From NCBI GenBank assembly GCA_951406725.2, contig OX597819.1, positions 107,942,001 through 108,006,000 of the forward strand: a stretch of DNA of 64,000 nucleotides, written 5' to 3'. This document shows positions 1 to 12,009 of the stretch, piece after piece. Position 1 is the first letter of the stretch. Each line of letters opens with the position of its first letter. The notes beneath the pieces are model-generated. The model ran no database searches. It was not told the DNA's origin and worked only from the letters and a program-made list of their open reading frames with translations. A program made the translations under genes and the position numbers. The DNA is from Octopus vulgaris. Its lineage: Eukaryota.

Positions 1-285
1 ATATGTATGTGTATGCATGCGTTTTATCTATGTGCGTATATCTGTGTACATATGTATGCATATATGTCTGTGCATCTCTATACATGTGGACGTCTGAATT
101 CGTGTGGCTGGGTTTTATGTCTGTGTTTGTTCATCTATATATGTATGTGTATGTGAATATATTTCCATAAGTTTGTCAGCATACATGTCTGTGCTTGCTT
201 GAGTATGTACATGTGTGTCGATCTTTATGTATATGTCATTGTGGTTGTATTTGTTTATGTCTGTATTTTTATATATATATATATA

Positions 286-671
286 CTAGCAGTATCACTG
301 GGCGTTGCTCGGGTTTGTAAGGGAAATAACTATATAAGCATTTTTAGAGAGTTATAGCAAAAAAATGCATTAAAAATGGGAAAGAAATGATGGTAAATTT
401 TTTTAAAATCATTGACTCATCGTAGACATTTTTAGAGAGTTACTTCCCTTATATAATAGCGAAAAAAATGCATTAAAATGGAAAAAAATGATGGTAAATT
501 TTTTTTAAATCGTAGACTCATTGTAGACGCGCGCTAATACCCAGAAGGGCTCGATATGAATCACAACTATAAGATACCCGGTTTTGGTTAAACTGCACCG
601 CAAAATGTGGGAGTAGTTAGGAATCTAAATCGTAGGAGACAGACACACAACTTCACTTTTATATATAAAGA
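286..671 (-). mobile_element. Non-autonomous Helitron-like element (Lep1/HINE-type) inserted in (TA)n
   Basis: On the minus strand it starts A|TCTTTATATATAAAAGTGAAGTTGTGTGTCTGTCT and ends CCCGAGCAACGCCCAGTGATACTGCTAG|T. This gives 5' TC, a 3' hairpin + CTAG, and an A|T target. It has an internal ~90-100 bp duplication (~340-530). Confidence 0.75.
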
Positions 672-795
672 TATATATATATATATATATATACACGTAC
701 GCATCAATATTTGCATATATGTTAATGTGCTTCTATGCATGCCTTTGTGTATATGTTTATGTGGTGTCTCATTGGTTGCTTATCTACATGGATAT

Positions 796-960
796 AAGCA
801 TGACTGACTAGTTAAGACGTGTTTTCTTCACTATCAGGAGATAGTAAGTTCAATCCCACAGTATGACATCTTTGGCAAATGTCTTCTACAATAGCTCCAG
901 ACTAACCAATTCCTTGTGAGTGAATGTGATAAGCAAAAAACTGTGAAAGCCAGTCACGCG
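796..960 (+). mobile_element. Degenerate tRNA-derived SINE fragment
   Basis: Similar to the better-preserved SINE at 59283: B-box-like AGTTCAATCCC, GGCAAATGTCTTCTACAATAGC, CCTTGTGAGTG. Confidence 0.55.
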
Positions 961-1246
961 CATGCATACATAATACATACATACTTATATGTATGCATGC
1001 ATGTATGTATGTATTGTTATATTATTATGCTTTAAATTTCAATCTAGAACAATTCAGAGGAAAATGTAATTCTCACCAGCTAGGTAAACCCACTATTCTT
1101 CAGCCTGTAACTAGTTTGATAAGTGCCAACGTAAGAGACTCTGGGACCTTGAGTCACTCTGTTGCTTCTGCTAAATAATAATACAAACATACATATACTC
1201 ATACACTCTTAGTTTGAGTACAATTCTTCATGTTTGCATCACCATA

Positions 1247-1282
<36 letters not shown>

Positions 1283-1369
1283 CATGCTGAGGACCTATAA
1301 TCCTTTAAGGGATGTTTGCATCCTAGTTTTCCAGTGTTCATTGAAAACTAAATACTGGAAAACTAGGAT

Positions 1370-1535
1370 GCCAACCACTCCGAGAATGTAGTGGGTGCTT
1401 TTATGTGCCACTGGCATGGGGCCAGTCAGGCGGTGCTAGCAACGATCTCACTCGAATCTTATACACATGCCACCGGCACAGGTGCCAGTAAGGTAATGCT
1501 GGTAACGATCATGCTCCAATGGTGTCTTTTACGTG
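1370..1535 (-). repeat. RTE 3'UTR-related dispersed repeat fragment
   Basis: GCCAACCACTCCGAGAATGTAGTGGGTGCTTTTATGTGCCAC matches the motif at 8640, 23421 and 36531. Confidence 0.7.
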
Positions 1536-1734
1536 AACCCTAATCTTACCTTGGCAGCATCCCTCTTCTACGGGTACCACAAAGAAATACATCCACTACA
1601 CCAGTAAAGTGATTGGCAGTTGTGTGGAGACATCATTGGGTCTTATCAAAGACATAACAACAGCTCTAGTGTTGGTGATAGAAAGGGCTTCCAGCCATAG
1701 AAATCATGCCAGATGAAAATGGATGAAATTTCTA

Positions 1735-1862
1735 CAACTGAGTGAACTGGAGCAACGTGAAATAAAGTGCCTTGCTCAAGAGCACAACACACAGCCCACT
1801 TTGAGAATCAAACTCACTAACCCATGACTGTGAGCCTGACACACTAACCACTGAGTCATGCG
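1735..1862 (-). mobile_element. tRNA-derived SINE head
   Basis: Minus strand CGCATGACTCAGTGGTTAG (A box) ... GAGTTTGATTCTC (B-box-like), followed by CTTGAGCAAGGCACTTTATTTCACGTTGCTCCAG. Confidence 0.55.
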
Positions 1863-2177
1863 TATATATGTATGTACCTTTTTATGTGCTTTATATGTAT
1901 GTATCTTTTTATGTGCTTTATAGTCCAAAGGCTATGTTCATACTCTGGCGACATCACAAGAATTCATAAACTCTGAGAGAACATGAAATAATTCTTTTTT
2001 GGAATGGTGGGTCTCAATGCATATAAAGCTATAAATAATAGTGGGTAAATACTGGGTTAAGAAAATGCCTTTGGATAGTAAAATATTAAAAGCTACCTAT
2101 GGGACTTGAACCAACATTTCCTGTAAATATGGTGTGTGTGTGTGCACATGTATGTGTGCATGTGTTTGTTTAGGTGT

Positions 2178-2254
<77 letters not shown>

Positions 2255-2273
2255 CAACACAATTATATATATA

Positions 2274-3017
2274 TGTAACGGTAGATATTTGATTTGGTAC
2301 ACAATATTATAAAGAAATGTTGGAGCCAGCAGTTGTGACGATAAGAGTTTGTTATTAAAAGGGCAAGTTGTAAAATGTGTAAGATGACCAATGCATGAAG
2401 ATGTAAGGAAATGTTTATTTACCGTTACGTTACAATACCTTGCCTCGACGGGCAGGTTGATAAATCCAAAAGCATGCGAAAGTTAGATGCTGTAGAATAT
2501 TTGAGTTGGGTTCTCTTCGTTGTTAGTAGTAATTGCTGAGAGAGATAGAATGACGTTGTAAGAGAACAGAGTTCGAGCTAGTGAGAGTGTGGGACGTTAT
2601 CTGAAGTTGCTGGTAGAAATTTTTCTTTCTCTCTCTGACCATTAAATTCTAGCAGTCTTTTCCTTACTAATTGAGTCGTCACGAAATGCTTTATTCAGTT
2701 GCCAACAAGCTACTGACTGATTTTTGCTTGGGATGTGCTTGCTTATATTAAGATCCAGAAGGATAGATATATCATTTAGAACAATAGATTTAGTTGGTGG
2801 TCTTGTCATCTCTATTCTAGCTTTAGTGAAGTAGAAGAGGTTAGAAAGGGTCAATTGGTGAAGCCGTTATTTTGGCCTAGCTAGTGGCATCTGGGAAATA
2901 TAAAACTGCTGTCAGAGAAAAACCATTGTTCCATCCTAGGAAAAGTTCTGTAGCAGTGTTGATTTAAATTTAGCTATGATGGATTGAATCCACTTCATGC
3001 TTGCAAGATTCACTACA
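2274..3017. mobile_element. LTR-like (solo-LTR-type) repeat, copy 1
   Basis: Starts TGTAACG and ends CACTACA (TG...CA), with TA runs on both sides. Homologous to 3841-4231. Confidence 0.5.
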
Positions 3018-3578
3018 TATATATGTGTGTATATACATATGTGTGTGTGTGTATAAAATACAAAATGGAACAAGAATGCAAGACATCTGGACAAATAGGT
3101 GATACAAAAAGGGACAACAAAACATCCAGATAGACGATACAAAAAAACAAGGATGGGTCATTCAAAGCTTTCTATCCTCAGTCAAGAACCAGATCATCCT
3201 CGCAATTTCAGCTATTAATCTTGAGATTGCTCCAATCTGGCCAGACCCAAGGAAAAACTAAGCTAAGAGCATTAAATTCCTTGGAGGAAAGCATCAAATG
3301 TATATGAAAACAAGGACAGAAAAACAGACGATGTTACACAAAGATAAATACAAAATACATTAAAATCAATAACAGGACATTGCAACAGGTGTCTTTCGAC
3401 TGGGAACAAATTGAATTCACCTGGCATGTGTGGAAAGGAAGCCTTATGGCAGAGATACAAATATTTCACAAACACAGGGAAGGAGGGCCGAAAACAGAAG
3501 CAATGACCAAGAGAGAGAGAAAGAAAGAATTAAAGAGGATGGGAGGAAGAGGCGCCAAAATACCTTGGGGAAGAAGCA

Positions 3579-3613
<35 letters not shown>

Positions 3614-3840
3614 TGCATATGTATATTATGCAGGTAGGGTTAAAATTCAAGCTGTGTCCTCTTGAAGCAGATCTGCTTATTCCAGTATTCTAATTTTGTA
3701 TATGGTTTTTATATTTATGTGATGTATGCATTAGAGTTGAAAATTCTGGATATATTGTTTGCAGAGTAATTATATATCAAAACACGAAATTGGAAAAATA
3801 AATAACATCAAACATTTTACTTACCTCCAGTTTATATATA

Positions 3841-4231
3841 TGTAGCGGGAGAAATTGATTGGTAAATATTATTATGAAATGTTGGAGTCAGCAGTTGTAA
3901 CGATAATAATTTGTTGTTATAGTTGCATACTGTAGGATGTGAAAGATGAACAATGTATGAAGTTTTAAGAAAGTATTTATTTACCGTTATGTTACACTAC
4001 CTTGCCTTGATGGGCAGGTTATGATATATCCAAAAGCATACAAAGAAAGTTAGATGCGGTAGAATGTTTCTTTACATAGTTTGGCGTAAACAAATAGTTA
4101 GTAGTAATCTGCAGATAACCTTAGAATGATGTTGTAAGAGAACAGAATTAGAACTAGAGATAACATGTAGTGGATGTATTAATAAATACATAAGTTCTTT
4201 TGTAATAAATTAGAGATTTATTTTCACTACA
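3841..4231. mobile_element. LTR-like repeat, copy 2 (shorter); related fragment at ~4450-4860
   Basis: TGTAGCG...CACTACA termini. Shares AAATGTTGGAG.CAGCAGTTGT.ACGATAA, TTTATTTACCGTTA and AAAGTTAGATGC.GTAGAAT with 2274-3017. Confidence 0.5.
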
Positions 4232-4859
4232 TCAATTTGTAAGCAATGCTACACATTGCTTGTACAAAAATGCATATTAAATAATGCTTGCAAAGAATAC
4301 ATATTAAAGAAATGCATAATACATGATACATATTAAAGAAGAATATGTTTGATGGTGTGTGTGTGTGTGTGTGTGTGAGTAAATCATGCAGGACAGTCAC
4401 CTTTATGCATATTCTCTCTCGTCGTCTCCTGAAATGCGTGGCGTTCATTTAGGCGTCAGCTCTGGTTCTCTCTAGATACCGATTTTTCCGTTCTATTTAT
4501 AAAATCTCAAATAGCCAGAAAAATAGATATATCGCAAGAGAGTTATCGTTAAAGTAGGTCACTGGTCGTTCAGTTAAACTTCGCCTGACCTGGCTCAGGC
4601 CAAAGGTCGAAGGGAGACGATCCATCACTTTTTGTCAGAACAAAGAAATTCTGATTTCGCGCCTTTTTATGCATTGGTATTTGACGACCAATGATTCTTG
4701 GGTTTGATTTCGAATCCAAGCTTAGAGAAGGAAGTGCTAATTCTTACAAACAGTAAGCTTCATTTCTCCCTCTGACCAAGATTGTAGCTGGTCAGCCAGA
4801 CTTTGTTGTCATGGAGTTGTCACCATGTGACTGAACTAATTGAGTCATCACGGACGATG

Positions 4860-7800
4860 AACAGAAAGACCGATTCTATGACACCCTCTTGCAGACTACT
4901 GCGTTGACGAATGACAGGGACTTCCTCTTTGTGGCTGGTGACTTCAATGGACATGTTGGACAACATACAGGGGGCTTCCATGGTGTACATGGATGCTACG
5001 GTTTTGGTTCCCGCAATGAGAAGGGAACCAGGCTGCTGGAGTTGTGCGATGCAAATGATCTCATTGTTTGCAATACTAACTTCAGAAAACCTGCCAGTCA
5101 CCTAGTCACCTACCATTCTGGCAGACACATTAGCCAAATTGACTACATCCTCACCAGAAAAAGGGAAAGATGGCTGCTTATAAATGCCCAAACCTTCCAG
5201 GTGAAGAATGTACCTCACAACATAGACTGGTAGTTAGTGACTTCAAGATGACCAACATGGAGGAGAAGGGTCTGGAAGCTTAAAGATCCTGCAAATGGAC
5301 AGAGATTTAGAGACATATTACTCGAAGCCTTTGACAAAATAGAAGGGGATATAGCTCACACGATGTAGAAGACAACTGGAGGTTTCTATGGGACAACCTG
5401 CTGAGTGCCACTGACCAGAGCTGTGGATGGTACAAAGTCTCCTCCCGACCCAAAATAACATTGGTGGTGGAACAATGTGGTTGACAGGGCTATTAGAGAA
5501 AAGAAACAGGCTTAGAAGGACTGAAAGAATGGTGGTAGCAGGGAATTGTATCAGACTGCGAAAAGAGAAGCTAGGAGGCAGGTTTATTTAGTCAGAGGGG
5601 AAGCAGATAAAAAAATATTTGCCAATGTTCTGCACCATGAGGACCAAAGTCTTGAGGTATTTCGTGTTGCAAGACAGTGTGTGAGAGAGAATCGTGATGT
5701 TGTAGGAGAGAAATGTGTTCGCATGGATGATGGTTCACTTGCACTAAATGAGGAAGCAAAGAGAGAGGTTTGAAGATGCCACTATGAAAGATTGCTGAAT
5801 AAAGAAAATGAATGGGAAAAAGAGAGTCTGCCGAATGTCGTCCCAACAGAGGGACCAGCTATCCATGTTGACAGTACCTTGGTAGATAAAGCAATTAAGA
5901 GTATGAAGACAGGGAAAGCCCCAGGCCCATCAGGAATCACTGCAGAGATGCTCAAAATATCTGGCAGTGTCGGCTATAGCCTAGTCACCCGTATAGTTAA
6001 TCAGGTGATACATGAAGGAATCATACCCAATGACTGGTGTAGTAGCATAATAGTCAACTGCTACAAAGGTAAAGGTGACGCTTTAGATACAAATAATTAC
6101 AGAGGTATTAAGCTGTTGGATCAGGTAATGAAGGTCACGGAGAGGGTCATAGCCCAACAAATTAGGGAGAGAGTCAGTTTAGATGAGATGCAGTTTGGTT
6201 TCGTGCCAAGGAAAAGCACCACTGATGCTATATTTCTGGTAAGACTGTTACAGGAGAAATACCTAGCCAAAGATAAACCTCTGTACCTGGCATTTGTTGA
6301 CATGAAGAAAGCCTTTGACAGGTCCCCCGATCCCTGATCTGGTGGTCAATGAGGAAAGTAGGGATAGATGAATGGTTAGTGAGAGCTGTGCAAGCCATGT
6401 ACAGGGACGCCGTCAGTAAGGTGAGGGTTGGCAACGAGGAGTCCACCAAGGTTCAGTCGTTAGTCCCCAGGCAATAACGGAGGAATTCAAGACAGGATGC
6501 CCTTGGGAGCTCCTCTATGCTGACGATCTTGCTCTAATTGCTGAGTTACTATCAGAACTCAAGAAGAAGTTTTAGGTGTGGAAACAAGGATTAGAATCAA
6601 AGGGCCTTAAAGTCAACCTAGCTAAAACCAAAGTCCTAATAACTAGGAAGGCAGGCAAACCACAAATCCCTTCAGGTAGATGACCCTGCTCAATCTGTAG
6701 AAAAGGCATAGGCAGAAAATCTGTAAGATGTATCCAGTGTAAGATATGGACACATAAGAAGGGTGGCAATATCAAAGGAAGGCTAACTGGAAAGATAGTT
6801 TTTGTATGTGGCAGATGATCAGGAGCAATAAACACTGAAAATGTGCAGAGAACAACTTACGCCACATTCCAGGGAGAAAAACTAGAAGTAGTTGATAGCT
6901 TCTGTTACCTAGGTGACCAAGTCAGTAGTGGGGTAGGGTGTGTTGAAAGTGTAGCTGCTAGAATAAGAATAGCCTGATCAAAGTTCAAACAGCTCTTACC
7001 TCTGCTGGTGACAAAGGGCCTCTCGCTCAGAGTAAAAGGTAGACTGCATGATGCATGTGTACAAACAGCCATGCTACATGGCAGTGAAATATAGGCCGTG
7101 ACTGCTGAGGACATGCGCAAGCTCCCAAGGAATGAAGCCAATATGCTCCGGTCGATGTGTAATGCCAGTGTGCATACTCGACGGAGTGTAAGTACCTTGA
7201 GAGAAAAGTTTGACCTAACAAGCATCAGATGTGGTGTGCAAGAGAGATGACTCCACTGGTATGATCACGTGGCAAGAATGGATGAGGATAACTGTGTGAA
7301 AAGTTGCCACACCCTAGCAGTTAAGGGAGCCTGTGGAAGAGGTAGACCCATGAAGACCTGGGATGAAGTGGTGAAGCACAACCTTTGAACGAGACAATGA
7401 CTAATGACCGAGACTTTTGGAAATATGCTGTGCATGAGAAGACCCGGCAAGCCAATTGAGACCAAAACCTCGTGGCCTATGCCAGGGGTGTAACCAGCCC
7501 ACTTATGCATACCCTTCCTTCATAGGACACTAAACTCTGCTTGCGAAGACCTGTTGAGGCAAGTGAGATCGAAATCAAATTTGATGACTGGCATCCGTGC
7601 TAGTGGAGCGCTTAAAGCACCATCCAAGTGTGATCATTGCCAGAGCGGCTAACTGGCTTCCATGCCGGTGGCACATATAGAGCATCATTCGAGCGTGATT
7701 GTTACCAGCGTTGCCTTACTGGCATGTGAAACAACATCCGAGTGAGGTCGTTGCCAGTGCTGCTGGATGGGCTCCTGTGCAGGTGGCACATAAAAAAACA

Positions 7801-8022
7801 CCGTTTGAGCGTAGCCATTACCAGTACTGCCTGACTGGCCCTCGTGCCGGTGGCACGTAAAAGCACCCACTACACTCTTGGAGTGGTTGGCATTAGAAAG
7901 GGCTTCCAGCTGTACAAACTCTGCCAGATCAAGATTGGAGCAACCATCTGGTCCACCAGTCCTAAGTCAAATTGTCCAACCCATGCTAGCATGGAAAGTG
8001 GATGTTAAACGATGATGATGAT
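4860..8022 (+). mobile_element. 5'-truncated, degenerate RTE-clade LINE (APE + RT + PHD-like insert) with 3'UTR and (GAT)n tail
   Basis: APE motifs GDFNGHVG and QIDYIL. RT motifs KAPGPSGI, NYRGIKLL, QFGF, FVDMKKAFD and YADD (~6517). Many stops and frameshifts. Ends GTTAAACGATGATGATGATG. Confidence 0.92.
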
Positions 8023-8024
8023 GA

Positions 8025-8393
8025 GATATAAGACCCAAGTTAAAGAGATTCTCAAAAATTCAACTTCTCTGGTTGACATTAAGACACCCACCCCCAATAG
8101 GGGCCTTAACTCCCACATTTTAGAGCTCCATGACCTCCATTTTTCAGGTACAAAATCCTTTTAACAGGTTCTACGGGACTGGAATTTTGGAATATGCACA
8201 TAAAAATCAGTAGTATGCGATATATGTGTCACGATTACAATTTTTTTAGGGTGTGTTCAGAGGGAAAGAAACCTCATCTGCAATTTTGATGAAATTTGAA
8301 TCATAAGTATTCCAGTTCATTACAGAAAATATAACAGAAAAGTCTAATTCTTCAATTGCATGTAACACAAGCAACACCAGGTATCTCTGCTAG
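8025..8393 (+). mobile_element. Possible decayed non-autonomous Helitron
   Basis: 3' end CACAAGCAACACCAGGTATCTCTGCTAG|T resembles the termini at 286-312 and 61881-61909. The 5' end is not identified. Confidence 0.4.
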
Positions 8394-8471
8394 TAAATAA
8401 ATAAATTGACATATAATGTTTAAAAGTTGATGAATGAATACCACCTATTGATCCCCTCCATTTTCTTATTG

Positions 8472-8502
<31 letters not shown>

Positions 8503-8505
<3 letters not shown>

Positions 8506-9172
8506 TCATCATCATCGTTTAACGTCCGCTTTCCATGCTAGCATGGGTTGGACGGTTCAACTGGGGTCTGGGAAGCCCGAAGGCTGCACCAGGCCAGTCA
8601 GATGTGGCAGTGTTTCTACAGCTGGATGCCCTTCCTAACGCCAACCACTCCGAGAGTGTAGTGGGTGATTTTATGTGCCACCGACACAGGTGCCAGACGA
8701 GGCTGGCAGACGGCCACGCTCGGATGGTGTTTTTTATGTGCCACCGACACAGGTGCCAGACGAGGCTGGCAGACGGCCACGCTCGGATGGTGTTTTCTTA
8801 TGTGTCACCGACACAGGTGCCAGACGAGGCTGGCGGACGGCCACGCTCGGATGGTGTTTGTTACGTGCCCTCAGCACGGAGGCCAGTCATTGCGGTACTG
8901 GCTACGGTCACGTTCGGATGGTTTTCTTATGTGCCACCGGCACTGGTACCACAAGGATACAAATTCCATTGATGTTCATCTATTTTGATTTGGTTCGATT
9001 TGATTCGATACGATTCGATTCTCACTTGCCTCAACAGGTCTTCACAAGTGTCACAAGAAGGAAGGTATGCACAGGTGGACTGACTACGTCCCAGGTAGGG
9101 GCCACGGATTATGGCTTCACTAGTCTTGCCGGGTCTTCTCACGCACAGCATACTTCCATAGGTCTCGGCATA
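8503..9172 (-). mobile_element. 5'-truncated RTE LINE 3' end with ~62-bp module in three tandem copies
   Basis: (CAT)n tail at 8503-8516. High similarity to 21520-22038. Tandem ATGTGCCACCGACACAGGTGCCAGACGAGGCTGGC units at ~8673, 8737 and 8800. Confidence 0.88.
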
Positions 9173-9173
9173 C

Positions 9174-9174
9174 T

Positions 9175-9206
<32 letters not shown>

Positions 9207-9245
9207 CATATATACATACATACATAAATATATATATATATACAC

Positions 9246-9311
<66 letters not shown>
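9174..9311. repeat. (TA)n/(TACA)n microsatellite
   Basis: Seen directly. Confidence 0.95.
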
Positions 9312-9313
<2 letters not shown>

Positions 9314-9420
9314 CAATAAATGATGGGGTTGTGTTGACCGTACGTGGAGAAATGATAGGCAACGAAAAATTATAAAAAGGCAGAATGCTAAGTAGAAGGA
9401 AAATTTTAATGAAAATGGGT

Positions 9421-11852
9421 TTGATTGATTGATTGATTGATTCTAGTTTCAGCTCATGAGCTGTGGCCATGCTGGGGCACTGCCATTTGGTGTTGCTACA
9501 TGGTTTTACTTCACGAAAGCTTTTAGCAACTGCCATTTGGTGCATGAGAGAGTTCGATGCAGCTGCCCTCATCTGCACCTCCTGCCGTGAAGTTGGTTCA
9601 TCTGGGACACCCGACAGGAAGAGATCCAGTTTCATTTTAAAGACATCTGCATCCACCCCATGCAGGTCTCTCAGGTTCTTCGAGAGGATATTGAAGAGCT
9701 GTGGGCCTCGGAAGTCCAGACTATCACAGTATCTTGTCCTACATCTTGATGGCAAATTTGGAGTCCTAGGCACCACGCAGTGGCGCCCAGTTCTGGGATT
9801 TGTGTAACTCTCGATGCCAAAGTTTGGGACACGTCCCTCCAGGATCTTCCAGATGTATATTATGGCATATCTTTCCCGCCTACGCTCCAAGGAATATAGT
9901 TTTAATCTCTTGAGTCTTTCCCAGTAGCTTACATTCTGCATAGAGGCTATCTTCTTCGTGTAGCTACGCTGGATCGCCTCGAGCTCTGTGATCAACTTGA
10001 CACTGGATGGTGACCATAACTGAGAGCAATAGTCAAAGTGGCTTAGGACAAGTGTCCTCCAGAGGACCATCATGGTTTCTTGTTCTCTTGTTCTAAAGGT
10101 TCTGAGAATCCATCCGGCCAGTCGTCTACATTTCATTGCCAATTTAGCAACATGTACACGAAAGGTTGCGTCATCACTCATGTAAATACCCAGGTCACGC
10201 ACTGATTGTGCCTCTGGGATTGCTATTCCTCCGGGTCCAGTGTATTCATTGGGTATTGCATTTAGTTTTGCATACTGATAGTATAAAGCTTGAAACTTTT
10301 CAGCATTGAACTGCATGCTATTCCTTTCAGCCCACTTGTATATTTTGTCCAGCACACATTGCAGGCGTTTAGTGTCCTCAGGGTTCTGTATTGCATGTGA
10401 AACTTTTGTATCATCTGCATAACTTGTGATCGTGGCTCTCTGCATGGCTGAGGGCATGTCTGAGAGGGCCATTATGAACAGTAGTGGTCCCAGAACAGTG
10501 CCCTGCAGAACACCGCTCACTATTTGCGTGTTAATGGAAGTGAAAAGTCCCGCCTAAAAATTATTGGCTACTACCACCTGACTTCTATCTTTCAGAAAGT
10601 CATGAAGCCATTCTCCCAGTTTTCCAACTATGTTGAGATCACGCAGTTTGTGACATATCATTCCATGATCGACTTTATCAAAGGCCTTTGCAAAGTCGAG
10701 ATATATCACTTCCACATTTGAGTGGTTGAGCACCCGTTTCAGCACCCAGTCATAGTGTTGTAGGAGCTGAGTTAAACAGCTTCTCCCTGGTCGGAAACCA
10801 TGTTGGGTGTCGGGCAGCAAGTCATTTTCTTCAAGGAAGGTGATCAGTTTCCTTCTGACTATTCGTTCCATGACCTTGCTTATGTGTGAGGTCAGAGAGA
10901 TAGGTCTGTAGTTCTTGGCCTCCGCTCTGCTACCTCCTTTATGAATGGGGCATATTTTACCTTCCTTCAGTTTTCTTGGAAGTTTGCCAGCTGCAAGGAA
11001 GCTCTGAAAGAGGAACTGCAGTGGTCTTGCTAGGACTCTCTTACATGCTTTTAGGAGGATTGCCGGGAATCCATCGGGGCCAGTAGCTGAGTCTGTTTTC
11101 ATTTCATCTATAGCCTTTATTACATCGTCTTCCTTTATATCGATGTAATCTATCGTCGCCGCCTCTGATTTTATATCTGTAGTGGTAAAGAAGTCAGTTG
11201 GATTGGTGATTTGGAGATGCCCAAGGGGTGGAGTGAAAACACTCTTGAATTGCTCATTCAGTATTTCACTTACCCTCATTGGTTTTCCTGTAAGTGTGCC
11301 ATCCTTTTCAAGGAGTGGCCCTATTCTACAGTGCACCGTAGCTGTTTCTTTGGCATACCTGTAGAAAGCTCTGGGGTTAGATTTTATGTTGTCTATAGCC
11401 CAGGCTTCTTTGTCTGCTCTTTCCTTTTCATGGGAGAGTTGCAGACATTTTTCAATTTCCAACAGTTTTATTTTTAGGCGGGACTTTTCACTGCTTTCAA
11501 TCTGTTTGTTTAGGCGATTTGAAATTTCTGTATGCCGTCTCATTAAAATTTTCCTCTCTCTGGGGATTTTGTTCTTGTGTACAGTGGCCTTTCTCTCTGG
11601 GACACATTTGTAGCATATGGCTTGCATTACAGACATGAATTGTTGAAGTTTCACGTTGATGTCTGGCGAGGAGAGACATTTAGGCCAGTTTTGTTTGAGG
11701 ATCTCTTTCTCAATTTGTTTCCAGTTTGCCTTATGGTAGTTCAAGCTGGAAAGATTCTGAGGGTTTCTTGTAGGCTGCATGTCCGTGCTCTCTTTTGGCC
11801 CGTACATGGTCAGCTCTACTATGTTGTGATCCGAGAGTAGTGTCGGTGTCAC
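9421..11852 (-). mobile_element. CR1/L2/Jockey-group LINE ORF2 (end of APE, RT, C-terminus) with (TCAA)n tail, disrupted at ~10540
   Basis: SDH motif, then ATGPDG, NYRPISLT, QHGFRPGRS and YLDFAKAFDKV (10554-11852). SGVLQGTVLGP, YADDTK and RDLG in the next segment (up to 10520). (TTGA)n at 9421-9442. Confidence 0.9.
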
Positions 11853-12009
11853 GGTGTATGGAAAATTTTGAAAAATTAATAATATATATATACATTAATT
11901 CAAACCAGTTTTTGTCACAACCGGTTTTCGTCAAGAATTGTAAAGTGAAAAGAAAAAAAAATTTTTTTTATGTTTGAGTAACCAGCGTTTTTTTCCCCCT
12001 CCTCAAACA

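Noticed and set aside
8535-9319. Overlapping 107-214 aa ORFs with repeated peptides
   Set aside because: They are antisense translations of tandem RTE 3'UTR modules.
9174-9420. C-terminal extension of the 448-aa ORF
   Set aside because: It is read-through across the LINE 3'UTR, the (TCAA)n tail and the (TA)n microsatellite.
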